Positions 62,585-64,000 of a stretch of DNA of 64,000 bases are shown here, in pieces. Source of the DNA: Methylococcales bacterium (GTDB lineage Bacteria; Pseudomonadota; Gammaproteobacteria; Methylococcales; Methylomonadaceae). The stretch is taken from positions 458-64,457 of the forward strand of contig JAQURG010000017.1 of NCBI GenBank assembly GCA_028715725.1, in the 5' to 3' direction. Both the position numbers and the translations under genes were made by a program. Position 1 is the stretch's first letter; the number at the start of each line of letters is the position of its first letter. Under the pieces are notes generated by a model that saw nothing but the letters and a program-made list of their open reading frames with translations, made no database searches and was not told where the DNA came from.

Positions 62585-63868
62585 TTAGTAAAATCCTGGC
62601 ACAATCCGCCACGGCACCCGTGCCCGATAGCGTAGCCAATCTTCCCCGTATTTTGCAAGACACATAGTATCGTCCCGCCTCTCCCGATGAAGAAGAAGGA
62701 TAGTAAAGTAGACAATATGAAAATAGGGCAAGGGATGATCGAAAGCGGCCGGCAGGCACCATGACAGAGCAATCATCAGATCACCGAAGTAGTTCATATG
62801 GCGCGACAGACCCCACCAGCCGGAGATCAGCAGCAGTGAACCTCTGACAGTTTCGATATATTCCGCCGGCCGGCCCCATACCGGCCGGGCCGGATTACGC
62901 CGGAAGTGGTGCTTCTGGATGTTGGACCCGCGAAAAATCGCATAGCCGGTCAGGTTCAAGACCACAATGGCGGCAACTCCCCAGGCCGGAAGCTCATGTG
63001 TGTGATTGACCAGATACTGGGCCTGTAGCGTATAGGTGAAGGGCAGCCACACCAGATCGCCCCAGCACAGCATCCAGCCGAATTTCTCATGCTTGATGTC
63101 CCAGGTGGTGAGAACGGCCTCTTCGTGGATAAAGTAGTCGATAAGGTAAAAACTCTGGAACCCTACCACCAGTATCATCGGCACTGTTACGATGCCATGT
63201 AGTTCATATTGTTTGGCAGCGATGGACAGGTTCATAAGCATCCAGAAAACCATGCCGGGGCGTGCTTCGCAGAACAGCTTGAGATCAAGCGAGCCGATTC
63301 TCGGATTGAGGGCTGTGCCCATGAAATAGTCATATAAAGGCCGTCCCGTCGGCTGCTCCCAGTCCGAACCCTTCAGGCCCCAGAAGTAGAGGAATCCGGC
63401 GAAGGCAAAGGTAAAGATATTCACTACGCTAAGCAGCGGGCCAAGCTGGTCATACAAGATCGTGGCATCCAGCCAGCCCAAAGCCACCAGGCCAGCCACT
63501 ACGCCCAAGGTGAACAGAAAGGAAAATATGCCGTTCATCCGATAATCTAGGCGACTCCCATTCGGCAGTTCCATACCCTGAACTGTTGGGCCGGGGGCCC
63601 AAATCTGCAAGGCCGCCTGGAACAGGAACCAGGCGCCATATAGGCCGGCAGCCTTCCAGGTTGGCGGCGAAACATGGGACCAAAATTTCAGCCATGCTGC
63701 CGCATCGCCTGGAAATACCAGTTCGCCTTGGTAATAGGTGACGCAGATCCACAGGTAATACACCAGCGGCGGCAAGGCTGCCATGAGCACTAGCCAGGAA
63801 ATGCCGAAACCGTATTTTTGCCGTGCAGCATCCACGGCAGGCCTTTGTCTCAAGTCTTGATCATTCAT
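62585..63868 (-). CDS. ERG4/ERG24-family sterol reductase (C-14 reductase/DHCR7-like)
   Basis: Polytopic protein. The C-terminal family signature is LSRHMNYFGDLM...LLHRERRDDTMCLAKYGEDWLRYRARVPWRIVPGFY. Confidence 0.85.
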   Translation of the reverse strand: MNDQDLRQRPAVDAARQKYGFGISWLVLMAALPPLVYYLWICVTYYQGELVFPGDAAAWLKFWSHVSPPTWKAAGLYGAWFLFQAALQIWAPGPTVQGMELPNGSRLDYRMNGIFSFLFTLGVVAGLVALGWLDATILYDQLGPLLSVVNIFTFAFAGFLYFWGLKGSDWEQPTGRPLYDYFMGTALNPRIGSLDLKLFCEARPGMVFWMLMNLSIAAKQYELHGIVTVPMILVVGFQSFYLIDYFIHEEAVLTTWDIKHEKFGWMLCWGDLVWLPFTYTLQAQYLVNHTHELPAWGVAAIVVLNLTGYAIFRGSNIQKHHFRRNPARPVWGRPAEYIETVRGSLLLISGWWGLSRHMNYFGDLMIALSWCLPAAFDHPLPYFHIVYFTILLLHRERRDDTMCLAKYGEDWLRYRARVPWRIVPGFY

Positions 63869-63891
63869 TAGCGGCTCCCCTCTGTCTGATT

Positions 63892-64000
63892 TAGAACTTT
63901 CGGTTGACTAACAGCTCACGCAGCGCCATTTTGGCGTATATCCATATCGTCTCGACGAGGGTTGTTCCGTCAACGGCGCTGAACACCACATCGCCGAGAA
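63892..64000 (-). CDS. C-terminal fragment of an unidentified ORF (runs off the window)
   Basis: The minus frame reads ...LGDVVFSAVDGTTLVETIWIYAKMALRELLVNRKF*, too short to assign. Confidence 0.3.

Overview
This is a 64-kb chromosomal segment of a gammaproteobacterium. The gene order (polA-engB-cytochrome c4-dsbA; lnt ... leuS-lptE-holA; ubiG-HAD-yciK; nudix-mnmA; clpS-clpA / infA-bpt-aat-trxB / ftsK / parE; cysDN) looks Pseudomonas- or Methylococcales-like. An ERG4/ERG24 sterol reductase at the right edge hints at a sterol-producing methanotroph, but that is inference only. About 60 genes look like intact housekeeping genes. I recognised no rRNA, tRNA or CRISPR array. The one clearly non-core stretch is a decaying accessory patch at about 12.9-21.6 kb. 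It contains a ~300-bp diverged duplicate of the holA 3' end that brackets a hicB/hicA cassette in which hicA carries a nonsense codon. It also contains a GC-rich IS630 remnant, a DUF1566 secreted-protein gene with a G8 tract, and a degraded RAYT (REP-associated transposase) still flanked by inverted REP hairpins. Further along are a SulP transporter stub and a sulfide-oxidation module (PDO-rhodanese plus SQR) that keeps a good sigma54 promoter, although its divergent FisR-like activator carries one nonsense and three frameshift lesions. Other points worth a second look: a candidate sigmaE-driven sRNA in the polA-engB spacer (the Spot 42/ErsA position); an orphan 178-aa caspase/metacaspase-like His-Cys protein; a CysN with a short, degenerate APS-kinase-like tail; lpxA and lpxD lying outside the usual lipid A cluster; an orphan TupB-like permease; a Met-rich periplasmic protein; and an AT-rich islet of small secreted or membrane ORFs. 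I did not find a convincing complete multi-gene novel system such as a defence island. All homology calls come from motif recognition by eye, not from database searches.
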